Shown: positions 55,676 to 64,000 of the stretch, one piece after another
Position numbering within the stretch: position 1 is the stretch's first letter
How the letters are laid out: each line of letters starts with the position of its first letter
Origin: Comamonadaceae bacterium CG_4_9_14_3_um_filter_60_33
Lineage (GTDB): Bacteria; Pseudomonadota; Gammaproteobacteria; Burkholderiales; Burkholderiaceae_C
Length of the DNA: 64,000 bases
NCBI GenBank assembly: GCA_002789915.1
Contig: PFUD01000032.1
Location: forward strand, 1,850-65,849
Direction of reading: 5' to 3'
Notes under the pieces: generated by a model
Database searches by the model: none
Told to the model about the DNA's origin: nothing
Seen by the model: the letters and a program-made list of their open reading frames with translations, nothing else
Made by a program: the position numbers and the translations under genes

Positions 55676-56578
55676 TCAGTGTAATTTTTGCAACAGCCAC
55701 TGAATCACACGCTCATCCAGACACAGTGCCAGATGCCCCATGCCCTCGAACTCGGTGACCTCAGCGCCCTCGAGCACCTGCTCGCGCTGTGGGTAAACAA
55801 TGTTGTCATGGCGCGTCAAGGCGGTGTGTATCAATTTGCGGGTGGCCGGGCTTTCACTGGTTTGCAAGGCTTGCAACCAGGGGCTGTGCCAAGCCATTTG
55901 TGCCATGTTAGGAGTGGGCGACCAGACTGCCATGCGGGTTCCCTGGTGGGGCGTTCCCAGGGTGATGATTTTGGCCACGGCTGTGCTGCCATGCTGGCGC
56001 AGCCAGGCGCGTATCACCAGGCCACCCATGCTATGACCCACCAGCGCCACCTGCGCGGCACCTGTGGCTTGCTGCAACTGCTGCACCGCCTGCTGAATTT
56101 GCAGTGTGTAATCTTCAATTGAGGCAAACGGAGGCTCCAGCGTGATGGCCAGCACCGGATGACCCGCCTGGTGCAGCGCCCGCACCACTTTGTCCCAGAC
56201 CCGGCGGTTGCAAATGAAGCCATGCACCAGCAGCACCGGTACCGGTGCGGCGGCAGCTTGTGGCGCACCTTCTGGTAGCAAGACGTTGGTTTGCGCACTG
56301 GCCCATGGCATTTGCAACCAATAAATGCGCAGCGCGGCCAAAAACTCACTGCCATAAGCCCGCCACCAAAGGCTACCGGCCTGCGCAGGCCGCGACTGGA
56401 TCATGCTGGTGCTGATAGCGCCAAACTGCAGCAACAAGGGCAACAGCAGCACGCCCAGCAGCACCAGCGGCAGCGCTGCCGCGCCGCTTTGCTGGTAATG
56501 ATCTGCCATCAGGCTTCCCAAAAAAGCACCCAAAAGCACTTGAATGAAGTAGATGCGGCGCAGTAGACGGGCAAGCAT
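55676..56578 (-). CDS. alpha/beta hydrolase (lipase/esterase-like) with N-terminal membrane segment
   Basis: 300 aa from ATG 56578. VLLVHGF and the nucleophile elbow GHSMGG, plus two N-terminal hydrophobic helices. Confidence 0.7.
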   Translation of the reverse strand: MLARLLRRIYFIQVLLGAFLGSLMADHYQQSGAAALPLVLLGVLLLPLLLQFGAISTSMIQSRPAQAGSLWWRAYGSEFLAALRIYWLQMPWASAQTNVLLPEGAPQAAAAPVPVLLVHGFICNRRVWDKVVRALHQAGHPVLAITLEPPFASIEDYTLQIQQAVQQLQQATGAAQVALVGHSMGGLVIRAWLRQHGSTAVAKIITLGTPHQGTRMAVWSPTPNMAQMAWHSPWLQALQTSESPATRKLIHTALTRHDNIVYPQREQVLEGAEVTEFEGMGHLALCLDERVIQWLLQKLH

Positions 56579-56642
56579 GGGCGAATTCCTGATAATTGGG
56601 GTGACCGACGTTTCTAAGTATGCCAGTTTCATCTTTTTTACC

Positions 56643-57221
56643 ATGCCCCAACTTTTAAGTGTGCAAATTGCCCGTGCCCGGCGCGTCAACATCAACGAGC
56701 GAGTCGTGCTGACCGCGATTCACAAGCAAACGGTGGCTGGCCTGGTGCCGGTTGCGTCATTGGGGTTGTCGGGCGACGAGCAAGCCGATTGGTCGGTGCA
56801 TGGTGGTTTGGACAAAGCAGTGTATGCCTACCCCAGCGAGCATTACGCGTTTTGGCGCACAGCGCGTGAGCAGGCTGGCCTGACGGGCATCGATGACGCC
56901 TTGCCCTGGGGCAGCATGGGTGAAAACCTCACACTTGCCGGTTTGTTGGAGACTCAGGTTTGGGTTGGCGACCAACTCCGGTTTGCCCATTGTGTGCTGC
57001 GCGTGACGCAACCGCGCGAGCCCTGCTACAAGTTCAATGCCGCCATGGGCTATGCAGGCGCTGTCAAAGCCATGGCGCAGCTAGGGTGCTGCGGTTTTTA
57101 CCTGGCGGTGGATGAAGGCGGCAGCTTGCAAGCTGGCGAGCCATTTGAACTGTTGCCCGGCCCGCGCCGACTGGGCATTCCGGAGATATTCAACGCCAGA
57201 ATGTTCAAGCACTTACGTTGA
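56643..57221 (+). CDS. MOSC domain protein
   Basis: 192 aa from ATG 56643. GLSGDEQADWSVHGGLDKAVYAY...GENLTLAGL...QPREPCYKF are MOSC (YiiM-like) motifs. Confidence 0.8.
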   Translation: MPQLLSVQIARARRVNINERVVLTAIHKQTVAGLVPVASLGLSGDEQADWSVHGGLDKAVYAYPSEHYAFWRTAREQAGLTGIDDALPWGSMGENLTLAGLLETQVWVGDQLRFAHCVLRVTQPREPCYKFNAAMGYAGAVKAMAQLGCCGFYLAVDEGGSLQAGEPFELLPGPRRLGIPEIFNARMFKHLR

Positions 57222-57291
57222 CAAGATAATGTTGTTTATATGACTAAATGTTCAACTAAAACAATGATTTAAATCACGTTGTTAAAGTAAA

Positions 57292-58197
57292 TTATTGCTT
57301 ACTTTCTGGCGCCAGCAGCGCGTCCAGCAAGGCATCTTTTTCGGTCCACAGCTGATTGACCCAAACTTGGCACACCTCACGCAAAGCCTGCGATGCTTCC
57401 CCGCCCGCGTTGGCGCTGACCCGTGGCACGGGCAGTGTGCGGGCCTGGACGATGACGCGCGGCACGCGGCCCTGTAAAAATTGCCAGAAGTTGGGCGTGC
57501 CGTCCGGGTAGGCGATGGTGATGTCAAGCACCGCGCCAAACTTCTCACCCATGGCGTCCAGCGCCAGGCTGATGCCGCCGGCCTTGGGCTTGAGCAAGTG
57601 CCGGTAGGGTGACTGCTGGCGTTGGTGTTTGGCCAGGGTAAAGCGCGTGCCCTCGACAAAATTCATCACGCTGGTGGGCACCAACGCATACTTTTCGCAG
57701 GCGGCGCGGGTGGTGGCGGCGTCTTTGCCGCGCTCTTGCGGGTGCTTTTTCAGATACGCCTCGCTGTGGCGGCGCATGAACGGAAACTCCAGCGCCCACC
57801 AAGCCAGGCCCATGATGGGCACCCAAATCAACTGCTTTTTCAGGAAAAACTTGAGCAGTGGAATGCGGCGGTTCAGCACATGCTGCAACACCAAAATATC
57901 AACCCACGACTGGTGGTTGCACACCACCAGGTACCACTGCCGGGCGCTCAAGCTCTGCAGGCCGCTCACCTGCCATTGCATCGCCTGCGTGAGGCGCATC
58001 CAGCCGCTGTTGCCGGCAATCCAGGCCTCGGCAATGCGCAGCAGAACAGGGTCGATGGTGAGGCGCACCCGTTTGAAGGGCAGCAACAGTTTGAAGGTGG
58101 CCACCAGCAGCAAAATTGGCACCCAGAACAAAATATTGAGCAACATCAATGCGCTGGCAATGATGCCTTTGATCGGCGCTGGTAAAGAGTGAAGCAT
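57292..58197 (-). CDS. acyltransferase, PlsC/YihG-like
   Basis: 301 aa from ATG 58197. ATG 58236 would overlap the divergent gene start. HX4D motif NHQSWVDI, and FVEGTR. Confidence 0.75.
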   Translation of the reverse strand: MLHSLPAPIKGIIASALMLLNILFWVPILLLVATFKLLLPFKRVRLTIDPVLLRIAEAWIAGNSGWMRLTQAMQWQVSGLQSLSARQWYLVVCNHQSWVDILVLQHVLNRRIPLLKFFLKKQLIWVPIMGLAWWALEFPFMRRHSEAYLKKHPQERGKDAATTRAACEKYALVPTSVMNFVEGTRFTLAKHQRQQSPYRHLLKPKAGGISLALDAMGEKFGAVLDITIAYPDGTPNFWQFLQGRVPRVIVQARTLPVPRVSANAGGEASQALREVCQVWVNQLWTEKDALLDALLAPESKQ

Positions 58198-58234
58198 GGT
58201 TAAATTTTGCGCGATTTTCGGTGATGATTCGGGC

Positions 58235-59368
58235 ATGAACTCTACATCTTCAGCCCTACAGCCTCCAAAGCATACGCCCCTGCAAGTTGCCCTGATCGGC
58301 TACGGCGGCGCGAGCCGCATCTTTCATGCGCCGCTCATTGCCGGCGTGCCCGGTCTGCAACTGGCCTGCATTGTGACTCGCCAGCAAGAGGCCATGCAGC
58401 GCGACTGGCCCGGTGTGCGCTGCGCAAGCTCGGCTAGCGCGGCGCTGGCCGACCCGGCCATCAACCTGATGGTGATCGCCACGCCCAATGACAGCCATTT
58501 TGAATTGGCGCAAGCCGCGCTGCAGGCGGACAAACATGTGGTGGTTGACAAACCCTGTACCGTCACGCTGGCTGAAACTAAAACCCTGCTCAACCTGGCG
58601 CACCAGCGGGGCAAGGTGCTCACGGTGTTCCAGAACCGTCGCTTTGACAGCGATTTTCTGGCGCTGCAGCAAGTCATTGCCAGTGGCCAACTGGGTCGTG
58701 TGGTGCAGGTGGATTCGCACTTTGACCGCTACCGCCCCACGGTGCCGCAGCGCTGGCGCGAACAAAGCTTGCCGGGCTCTGGCCTGTGGTTTGACCTGGG
58801 ACCGCATCTGCTGGACCAGGCGCTGGTACTGTTTGGCCAGCCTGATGCGCTGCTGCTGGAACAAGCCAAGGTCCGTGACGGCGCGCAGGTGGACGACTGG
58901 TTTCATGCCGTGCTGCGCTATGACACGCCGCATGGAGGTTTGCGCGTGATCCTTCACGCCAGCACGCTGGTGGCTGAGCCGGGGCCGCGCTGGGCAGTGC
59001 ACGGCACCCAAGGCAGCTTCACAAAATTTGGAATGGATGTGCAGGAAGATGCCCTCAAAGCAGGCCAACGCCCGCAGCTGGATGCATTGCAGAACTGGGG
59101 CCATGATCCGCAACCGGGCCAACTGCTGCGCATGGAAAGCATCCCCGGTGTTGCGATGCCGGTGTCGGTGCGCACGATAGCGCTCCAGCCTGGGGGCAAC
59201 TATCTGGCCTATTACGCCCAGTTGCGCGACCACCTTTGGGGACTGGCGCCGCAGCCAGGAATAACGCCTTCACAGGTGCATGCCGTGATGCAACTGCTGA
59301 GCCTGGGGGAACAAAGCGCAACGCTGGGGCAGTTTGTTGCGCTGCCAGCGCCAGCAGAATTCAAGTAG
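58235..59368 (+). CDS. Gfo/Idh/MocA family oxidoreductase
   Basis: 377 aa from ATG 58235. Rossmann LQVALIGYGGASRIFHAP and EKP-like VVVDKPC. Confidence 0.8.
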   Translation: MNSTSSALQPPKHTPLQVALIGYGGASRIFHAPLIAGVPGLQLACIVTRQQEAMQRDWPGVRCASSASAALADPAINLMVIATPNDSHFELAQAALQADKHVVVDKPCTVTLAETKTLLNLAHQRGKVLTVFQNRRFDSDFLALQQVIASGQLGRVVQVDSHFDRYRPTVPQRWREQSLPGSGLWFDLGPHLLDQALVLFGQPDALLLEQAKVRDGAQVDDWFHAVLRYDTPHGGLRVILHASTLVAEPGPRWAVHGTQGSFTKFGMDVQEDALKAGQRPQLDALQNWGHDPQPGQLLRMESIPGVAMPVSVRTIALQPGGNYLAYYAQLRDHLWGLAPQPGITPSQVHAVMQLLSLGEQSATLGQFVALPAPAEFK

Positions 59369-60020
59369 GAATGCCGTTTTGCTCCAGCAAATCGCTCACC
59401 AACTCCAGCCGCACCAAAGGGTTGTCCAGCGTCATCAGGCGATGCTTCTGCGCCAGCGACATCGGCAGCAAATCACACCAGCGGTTGGCCACCCAGGCGC
59501 AGTCGTGCAGCGCATAGGGTGGTTGGACCGGCATTTGCTCAGGCGTCATACCCTGCGCCTTCAGCGTGTCGATAACCCGCGCCAGTGCACCGGCCACCGG
59601 CAATAAATCATCAGGTATCGGCAAACTCTGATCGGCTGGCAACAGTTTTGCCATGCCAACCCACAAGCCGTGCTTGAGCAACTCGGGCTGTGGCACCGCA
59701 AAGCGCTGCAACCCGGTACAACTGATCATCATCAGACCAGGCTGCGGCTGGCTTAACTGGGTGATTCGGACCAGCGTGCCCTCAGGGTAAAAAATATCCT
59801 TCGCCGGGCCGCGCATACCCGCTGTGTTGGCACTGGCCTTCAACACCGACGCGTTGCGGTTGATGGTGACAATGCCAAACGGCGCACCTGCCTTGAAACA
59901 CCTGTTCACCATGTCAAGGTAACGCACCTCAAAGATTCTCAAGGGCAGGTAGCCGCCCGGGAACAGCACCAATTCCAGTGGGAAAAGCGGCAAGGCATCA
60001 ATGGACAAAGCTTCAGTCAT
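59361..60020 (-). CDS. LON substrate-binding (Lon N-terminal) domain-only protein
   Basis: 219 aa. LPLFPLELVLFPGGYLPLRIFEVRYLDMV is the Lon N-domain start. No AAA+ or protease domain. Confidence 0.75.
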   Translation of the reverse strand: MTEALSIDALPLFPLELVLFPGGYLPLRIFEVRYLDMVNRCFKAGAPFGIVTINRNASVLKASANTAGMRGPAKDIFYPEGTLVRITQLSQPQPGLMMISCTGLQRFAVPQPELLKHGLWVGMAKLLPADQSLPIPDDLLPVAGALARVIDTLKAQGMTPEQMPVQPPYALHDCAWVANRWCDLLPMSLAQKHRLMTLDNPLVRLELVSDLLEQNGIPT

Positions 60021-60107
60021 GGTCAGTCACAAAATTAGAACTTGAATGCCACAGCACCCAGATGCGCTGCGAGTTGAAACTATGTTAGCGCAAGCCGCCT
60101 GCCGCAG

Positions 60108-60137
60108 TTGACAGTGTGGTTGAGCGTTCTTTATTAT
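60108..60137 (+). promoter_or_regulatory. sigma70-type promoter candidate for phd-doc
   Basis: TTGACA (60108-60113), an 18-bp spacer, then TATTAT (60132-60137), ending 30 bp upstream of ATG 60168. Confidence 0.45.
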
Positions 60138-60167
60138 TACAAACGTTATAACTTCACGAGGTCTGGC

Positions 60168-60392
60168 ATGTACACGCTCAAATTGACACAAATCGGAAAT
60201 TCGGTGGGGGTGGTTTTACCGCGTGAAGCTTTAGCCTGGTTGAAACTTGGCAAAGGTGAATCTGTTTTTTTGACAGAGACCCCGCAGGGCTACGTACTGA
60301 CACCCTACGACCCTGCCCTTGATGAACAAATTCAAGCAGGTCGCCAATTCATGCACGAATTTCGCGACACCTTTCACCAACTCGCCAAATGA
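60168..60392 (+). CDS. AbrB/MazE-fold antitoxin (Phd-type partner of Doc)
   Basis: 74 aa from ATG 60168. LTQIGNSVGVVLPREALAWLKLGKGESV is a SpoVT-AbrB motif. 4-bp overlap with doc. Confidence 0.8.
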   Translation: MYTLKLTQIGNSVGVVLPREALAWLKLGKGESVFLTETPQGYVLTPYDPALDEQIQAGRQFMHEFRDTFHQLAK

Positions 60393-60847
60393 ACACCACA
60401 TGGCGATGGATCAGCAAACCGGCGCTGCTGCTCCTGCATGATGAAAGTCTGGCCGAGCATGGTGGCGCTGAAGGTGTTCGCGATGATGGCCTGCTGGATT
60501 CAGCGCTGACCCGGCCCCTCAACATCGTGACTTACAGCGATGCCGCTGCGCCGCCTGACGTAGCAACGCTGGCAGCTAGCTACGGCGTAGGTTTGTCCAA
60601 AAACCACGCGTTTGTCGATGGCAACAAGCGCGCTGCTTTTTTGGCAGTCGGTCTTTTTTTGGCGCTGAACGGCTGGCGCCTACAGTGCACGCAGGCTGAA
60701 GCAACTTTTACCATGCTGGCAGTGGCCTCTGGCGATTTGTCAGAAGACAACTTCTGCCACATGGCTGCGCGCGCACACCACAAGCAAAGCGTAGTCGTCA
60801 ACCAGGCACTAAATCTGCGCTGCGTTACCCCGTCCCGACGGGTGTAG
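60389..60847 (+). CDS. doc: death-on-curing toxin (Fic/Doc family)
   Basis: 152 aa. Doc motif HAFVDGNKRAAF and N-terminal LLLHDESLAEHGG. Confidence 0.85.
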   Translation: MNTTWRWISKPALLLLHDESLAEHGGAEGVRDDGLLDSALTRPLNIVTYSDAAAPPDVATLAASYGVGLSKNHAFVDGNKRAAFLAVGLFLALNGWRLQCTQAEATFTMLAVASGDLSEDNFCHMAARAHHKQSVVVNQALNLRCVTPSRRV

Positions 60848-60994
60848 CCCGGCTGCAGCGAAGCGAAATCCGGGTCCTCATGTAGCCCAAATCAAGGAGC
60901 GTGTGTCGCGTCAATTGCCGTCATTGCGAACGCAGTGAAGCAATCCATGACACCTGACCGCACGGGAAGCGAATAGCACAATCGCCAACGCGTA

Positions 60995-63208
60995 GTCTTA
61001 ATCCCTTTGAATTCAGGGCTGGTATTTACTGCGTCGACGGGGGGCACTGGGTCACCACCTGCACGTCTTAATCCCTTTGAATTCAGGGCTGGTATTTACT
61101 GAACAAGCAAAAGATAAAGCCATCGGTGATGCAACGTCTTAATCCCTTTGAATTCAGGGCTGGTATTTACTGAAAGCTACTACACCTGGAGCTAACATGC
61201 ACGAAGTCTTAATCTCTTTGAATTCAGGGCTGGTATTTACTGAATTCGGGTCAAGCAACTGATTGGAATACTTAGTCTTAATCCCTTTGAATTCAGGGCT
61301 GGTATTTACTGGACTGACTGGCACCGTCTAGTGTTGGAATATCCAGTCTTAATCCCTTTGAATTCAGGGCTGGTATTTACTGTGAGGAAGTCAGGGATTA
61401 CGACCAGGCCAAGGCGTCTTAATCCCTTTGAATTCAGGGCTGGTATTTACTGCCTGCACCACCTGCACCACCTGCACCACCTGGGGTCTTAATCCCTTTG
61501 AATTCAGGGCTGGTATTTACTGTCCCGGCACAGAGTGGACTATTTTTCACAACTTGTCTTAATCCCTTTGAATTCAGGGCTGGTATTTACTGAGAAGCAA
61601 GCTTTTATCTGCAACCTGTCAAAAGTCTTAATCCCTTTGAATTCAGGGCTGGTATTTACTGGGACGTGGCACCAAAGCTAGTTACTATGGCAGGGTCTTA
61701 ATCCCTTTGAATTCAGGGCTGGTATTTACTGTGGACCCCATTCATGCATGGCGAATGATGAGTTTGTCTTAATCCCTTTGAATTCAGGGCTGGTATTTAC
61801 TGCTACCCAATAGATAGTATCGGAGAATTAATCGTTGTCTTAATCCCTTTGAATTCAGGGCTGGTATTTACTGATTACAACTACACGCACCAAGTTCGCT
61901 GACGTGGTCTTAATCCCTTTGAATTCAGGGCTGGTATTTACTGTGAGGAAGTCAGGGATTACGACCAGGCCAAGGCGTCTTAATCCCTTTGAATTCAGGG
62001 CTGGTATTTACTGCCTGCACCACCTGCACCACCTGCACCACCTGGGGTCTTAATCCCTTTGAATTCAGGGCTGGTATTTACTGTCCCGGCACAGAGTGGA
62101 CTATTTTTCACAACTTGTCTTAATCCCTTTGAATTCAGGGCTGGTATTTACTGAGAAGCAAGCTTTTATCTGCAACCTGTCAAAAGTCTTAATCCCTTTG
62201 AATTCAGGGCTGGTATTTACTGGGACGTGGCACCAAAGCTAGTTACTATGGCAGGGTCTTAATCCCTTTGAATTCAGGGCTGGTATTTACTGTGGACCCC
62301 ATTCATGCATGGCGAATGATGAGTTTGTCTTAATCCCTTTGAATTCAGGGCTGGTATTTACTGCTACCCAATAGATAGTATCGGAGAATTAATCGTTGTC
62401 TTAATCCCTTTGAATTCAGGGCTGGTATTTACTGATTACAACTACACGCACCAAGTTCGCTGACGTGGTCTTAATCCCTTTGAATTCAGGGCTGGTATTT
62501 ACTGCACCAAGTTCGCTGACGTGCCCCCAGTGCCAGGTCTTAATCCCTTTGAATTCAGGGCTGGTATTTACTGAATAACCACCACCCGCACTAAAGTAGC
62601 TGAGGGTCTTAATCCCTTTGAATTCAGGGCTGGTATTTACTGATTTTATTATGACAACCTATTTCATTACAACTAGTCTTAATCCCTTTGAATTCAGGGC
62701 TGGTATTTACTGAATAATACTTTTGTTAGATGTTACGCCAAATCCCAGTCTTAATCCCTTTGAATTCAGGGCTGGTATTTACTGCACAAAAGTTGATCAC
62801 GCTGCGCTGTATGCTGGGTCTTAATCCCTTTGAATTCAGGGCTGGTATTTACTGGATGGCCGAATATCACGCCATCGTAGCATCTCGTCTTAATCCCTTT
62901 GAATTCAGGGCTGGTATTTACTGGTTACATGATGGTAATTATGCCTTGGACACTGACCGTCTTAATCCCTTTGAATTCAGGGCTGGTATTTACTGCCGAG
63001 ATTACGTAAGTCCTTATGTTACGACAGTGGTCTTAATCCCTTTGAATTCAGGGCTGGTATTTACTGAAAGCTTCCATCCAGTATTATTCGATATTATGCG
63101 GTCTTAATCCCTTTGAATTCAGGGCTGGTATTTACTGACACATACATCGAGGAGAAGCGGATAAATGGCAGGTCTTAATCCCTTTGAATTCAGGGCTGGT
63201 ATTTACTG
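60995..63208 (-). CRISPR. CRISPR array: 32 repeats of 37 bp, 31 spacers of 32-35 bp (23 unique)
   Basis: The plus-strand repeat GTCTTAATCCCTTTGAATTCAGGGCTGGTATTTACTG recurs with a period of about 70 bp from 60995 to 63208. There is one variant repeat (C to T at 61215). The minus strand is inferred from the cas2-proximal leader and the repeat end ...GGGATTAAGAC. Confidence 0.97.
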
Positions 63209-63386
63209 AGCATTGGCCGAAAACTTCAACGCTGACAAGAACTTGCGATTGCGGTTGGTGTGGATTGCAACGACTTTCATAGCTAATGCTTTTTGCCTTT
63301 CTGCTTCCGAATGATAGGGCAAGTTGGTAGCGCGGTTTGTTGACAAAGATGTGCCTCAGATCAGCTGTAGCTATGTGCTGATTTTG
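63209..63386 (-). promoter_or_regulatory. probable CRISPR leader
   Basis: 178-bp non-coding stretch, AT-richer than the surroundings, between the cas2 stop and the last repeat. The degenerate repeat is at the opposite end of the array. Confidence 0.6.
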
Positions 63387-63680
63387 TCATTTGACGGTGC
63401 TGCCCGGCAGCACGTCTTCTGGCAAGATGCTGGCACCCAGGGTGACTTGCCAGCCGTTTTCAGGCATACGGTAGGCGCGCACATCGTCTGCATCCGGATG
63501 AATGATTTTTGCGATTTTGACCATCAAGGCTCCCATCTTGATTGCCGTACTTTCCACCAGAAAGACCGAGTACTGAATGGGTACGCCTTGTTTTTTCAGA
63601 AACCTGAATAGGCGGCTTAGTCGCTTGGGGTCGGCTATGTCGTAAGTGACAAGGTAGCGGGCGGTGTCGTTTTGGGCCAT
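63387..63680 (-). CDS. cas2: CRISPR-associated endoribonuclease Cas2
   Basis: 97 aa from ATG 63680. MAQNDTARYLVTYDIADPKRLSRLFRFLKKQGVPIQYSVFLVE...DDVRAYRM is the classic Cas2 ferredoxin-fold pattern. Confidence 0.9.
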   Translation of the reverse strand: MAQNDTARYLVTYDIADPKRLSRLFRFLKKQGVPIQYSVFLVESTAIKMGALMVKIAKIIHPDADDVRAYRMPENGWQVTLGASILPEDVLPGSTVK

Positions 63681-63696
63681 GGTTCGGGTGGTGATT

Positions 63697-64000
63697 TCAG
63701 GTGTGCATGGCTTTGAGTGCCGTGCGGTGCAGGTGTACCAGGTGCAGGGTGAGGGCGCTGGCGTTGCGGGCGCTCCAGCGTTCAAACAGTTGGGTGGCGG
63801 TGGCATCGTCTTGCACTTTGTCGGCCAGGGTGCCAGCGCTCAGGTTCATTTCGGCCCAGAGCAGGTTGCACAGGTCTTCGTCCAGGTCCATGTTTTCCAG
63901 TCTTGGCCCCCACAGTTGCGGGGTCAGGCCATGGCTGTTGAGCTGGGCTGCCACGTAAGCCAGGCACAGGTGGCGCAGGGGCTCGGGCAGGTGAACCGTG
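63697..64000 (-). CDS. partial CDS (3' end) in the position usually held by cas1; identity not confirmed
   Basis: The frame is open to the window edge (TVHLPEPLRHLCLAYVAAQLNSHGL...TALKAMHT*) and stops 16 bp before cas2. The 100 visible residues are helical but show no Cas1 motif I can recognise. Confidence 0.4.
   Translation of the reverse strand, partial: TVHLPEPLRHLCLAYVAAQLNSHGLTPQLWGPRLENMDLDEDLCNLLWAEMNLSAGTLADKVQDDATATQLFERWSARNASALTLHLVHLHRTALKAMHT

Noticed and set aside
62730-63107. 125-aa ORF in the track (…LNPFEFRAGIYW… repeated)
   Set aside because: It is a translation of CRISPR repeats and spacers. The periodic peptide is the repeat read in frame, not a gene.

Overview
High-GC (about 60%) chromosomal segment. 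Gene content and synteny fit a betaproteobacterium of the Burkholderiales/Comamonadaceae type: purM next to perM-hda-HAD-pcnB-folK, class II RNR nrdJ, edd-eda, rpsU-yqeY. No species call is possible without a database search. I support about 60 protein genes, mostly housekeeping: Orn/Lys/Arg decarboxylase, trifunctional putA, a LivK-type binding protein, purM, hda, pcnB, folK, mog, yjgA, pmbA, nrdJ, pdxH, edd, eda, gloA, a DEAD-box helicase, ettA and rpsU. Small accessory inserts sit between them: five type II toxin-antitoxin pairs (2x ParDE-like, MNT/HEPN, VapBC, Phd/Doc), a decayed MmeI/YeeA-like DNA methyltransferase, an ABC ATPase remnant and a frameshifted EamA transporter. At the 3' end there is a 32-repeat CRISPR array (60995-63208) with leader, cas2 and a partial upstream cas gene running off the window. 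No rRNA, tRNA, integrase or intact transposon was seen. I cannot prove that any single multi-gene system here is novel. The best candidates for follow-up are listed below. (1) An operon encoding a fused circularly permuted ATP-grasp/alpha-E protein, a transglutaminase-like protein with a Gln-rich tail, and RidA. (2) A tightly coupled amrB-amrA-amrS (AmmeMemoRadiSam) operon of unknown chemistry. (3) A 2-oxoacid:ferredoxin oxidoreductase operon whose delta-ferredoxin module is fused to a GltD-like flavoprotein and which sits behind a perfect FNR box. (4) CRISPR array anomalies: a perfect 561-bp internal duplication of eight spacers, and two spacers that overlap on one target. (5) A REP-type palindrome translated in frame inside putA. 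All functional calls rest on motif recognition by eye. No homology search was run.
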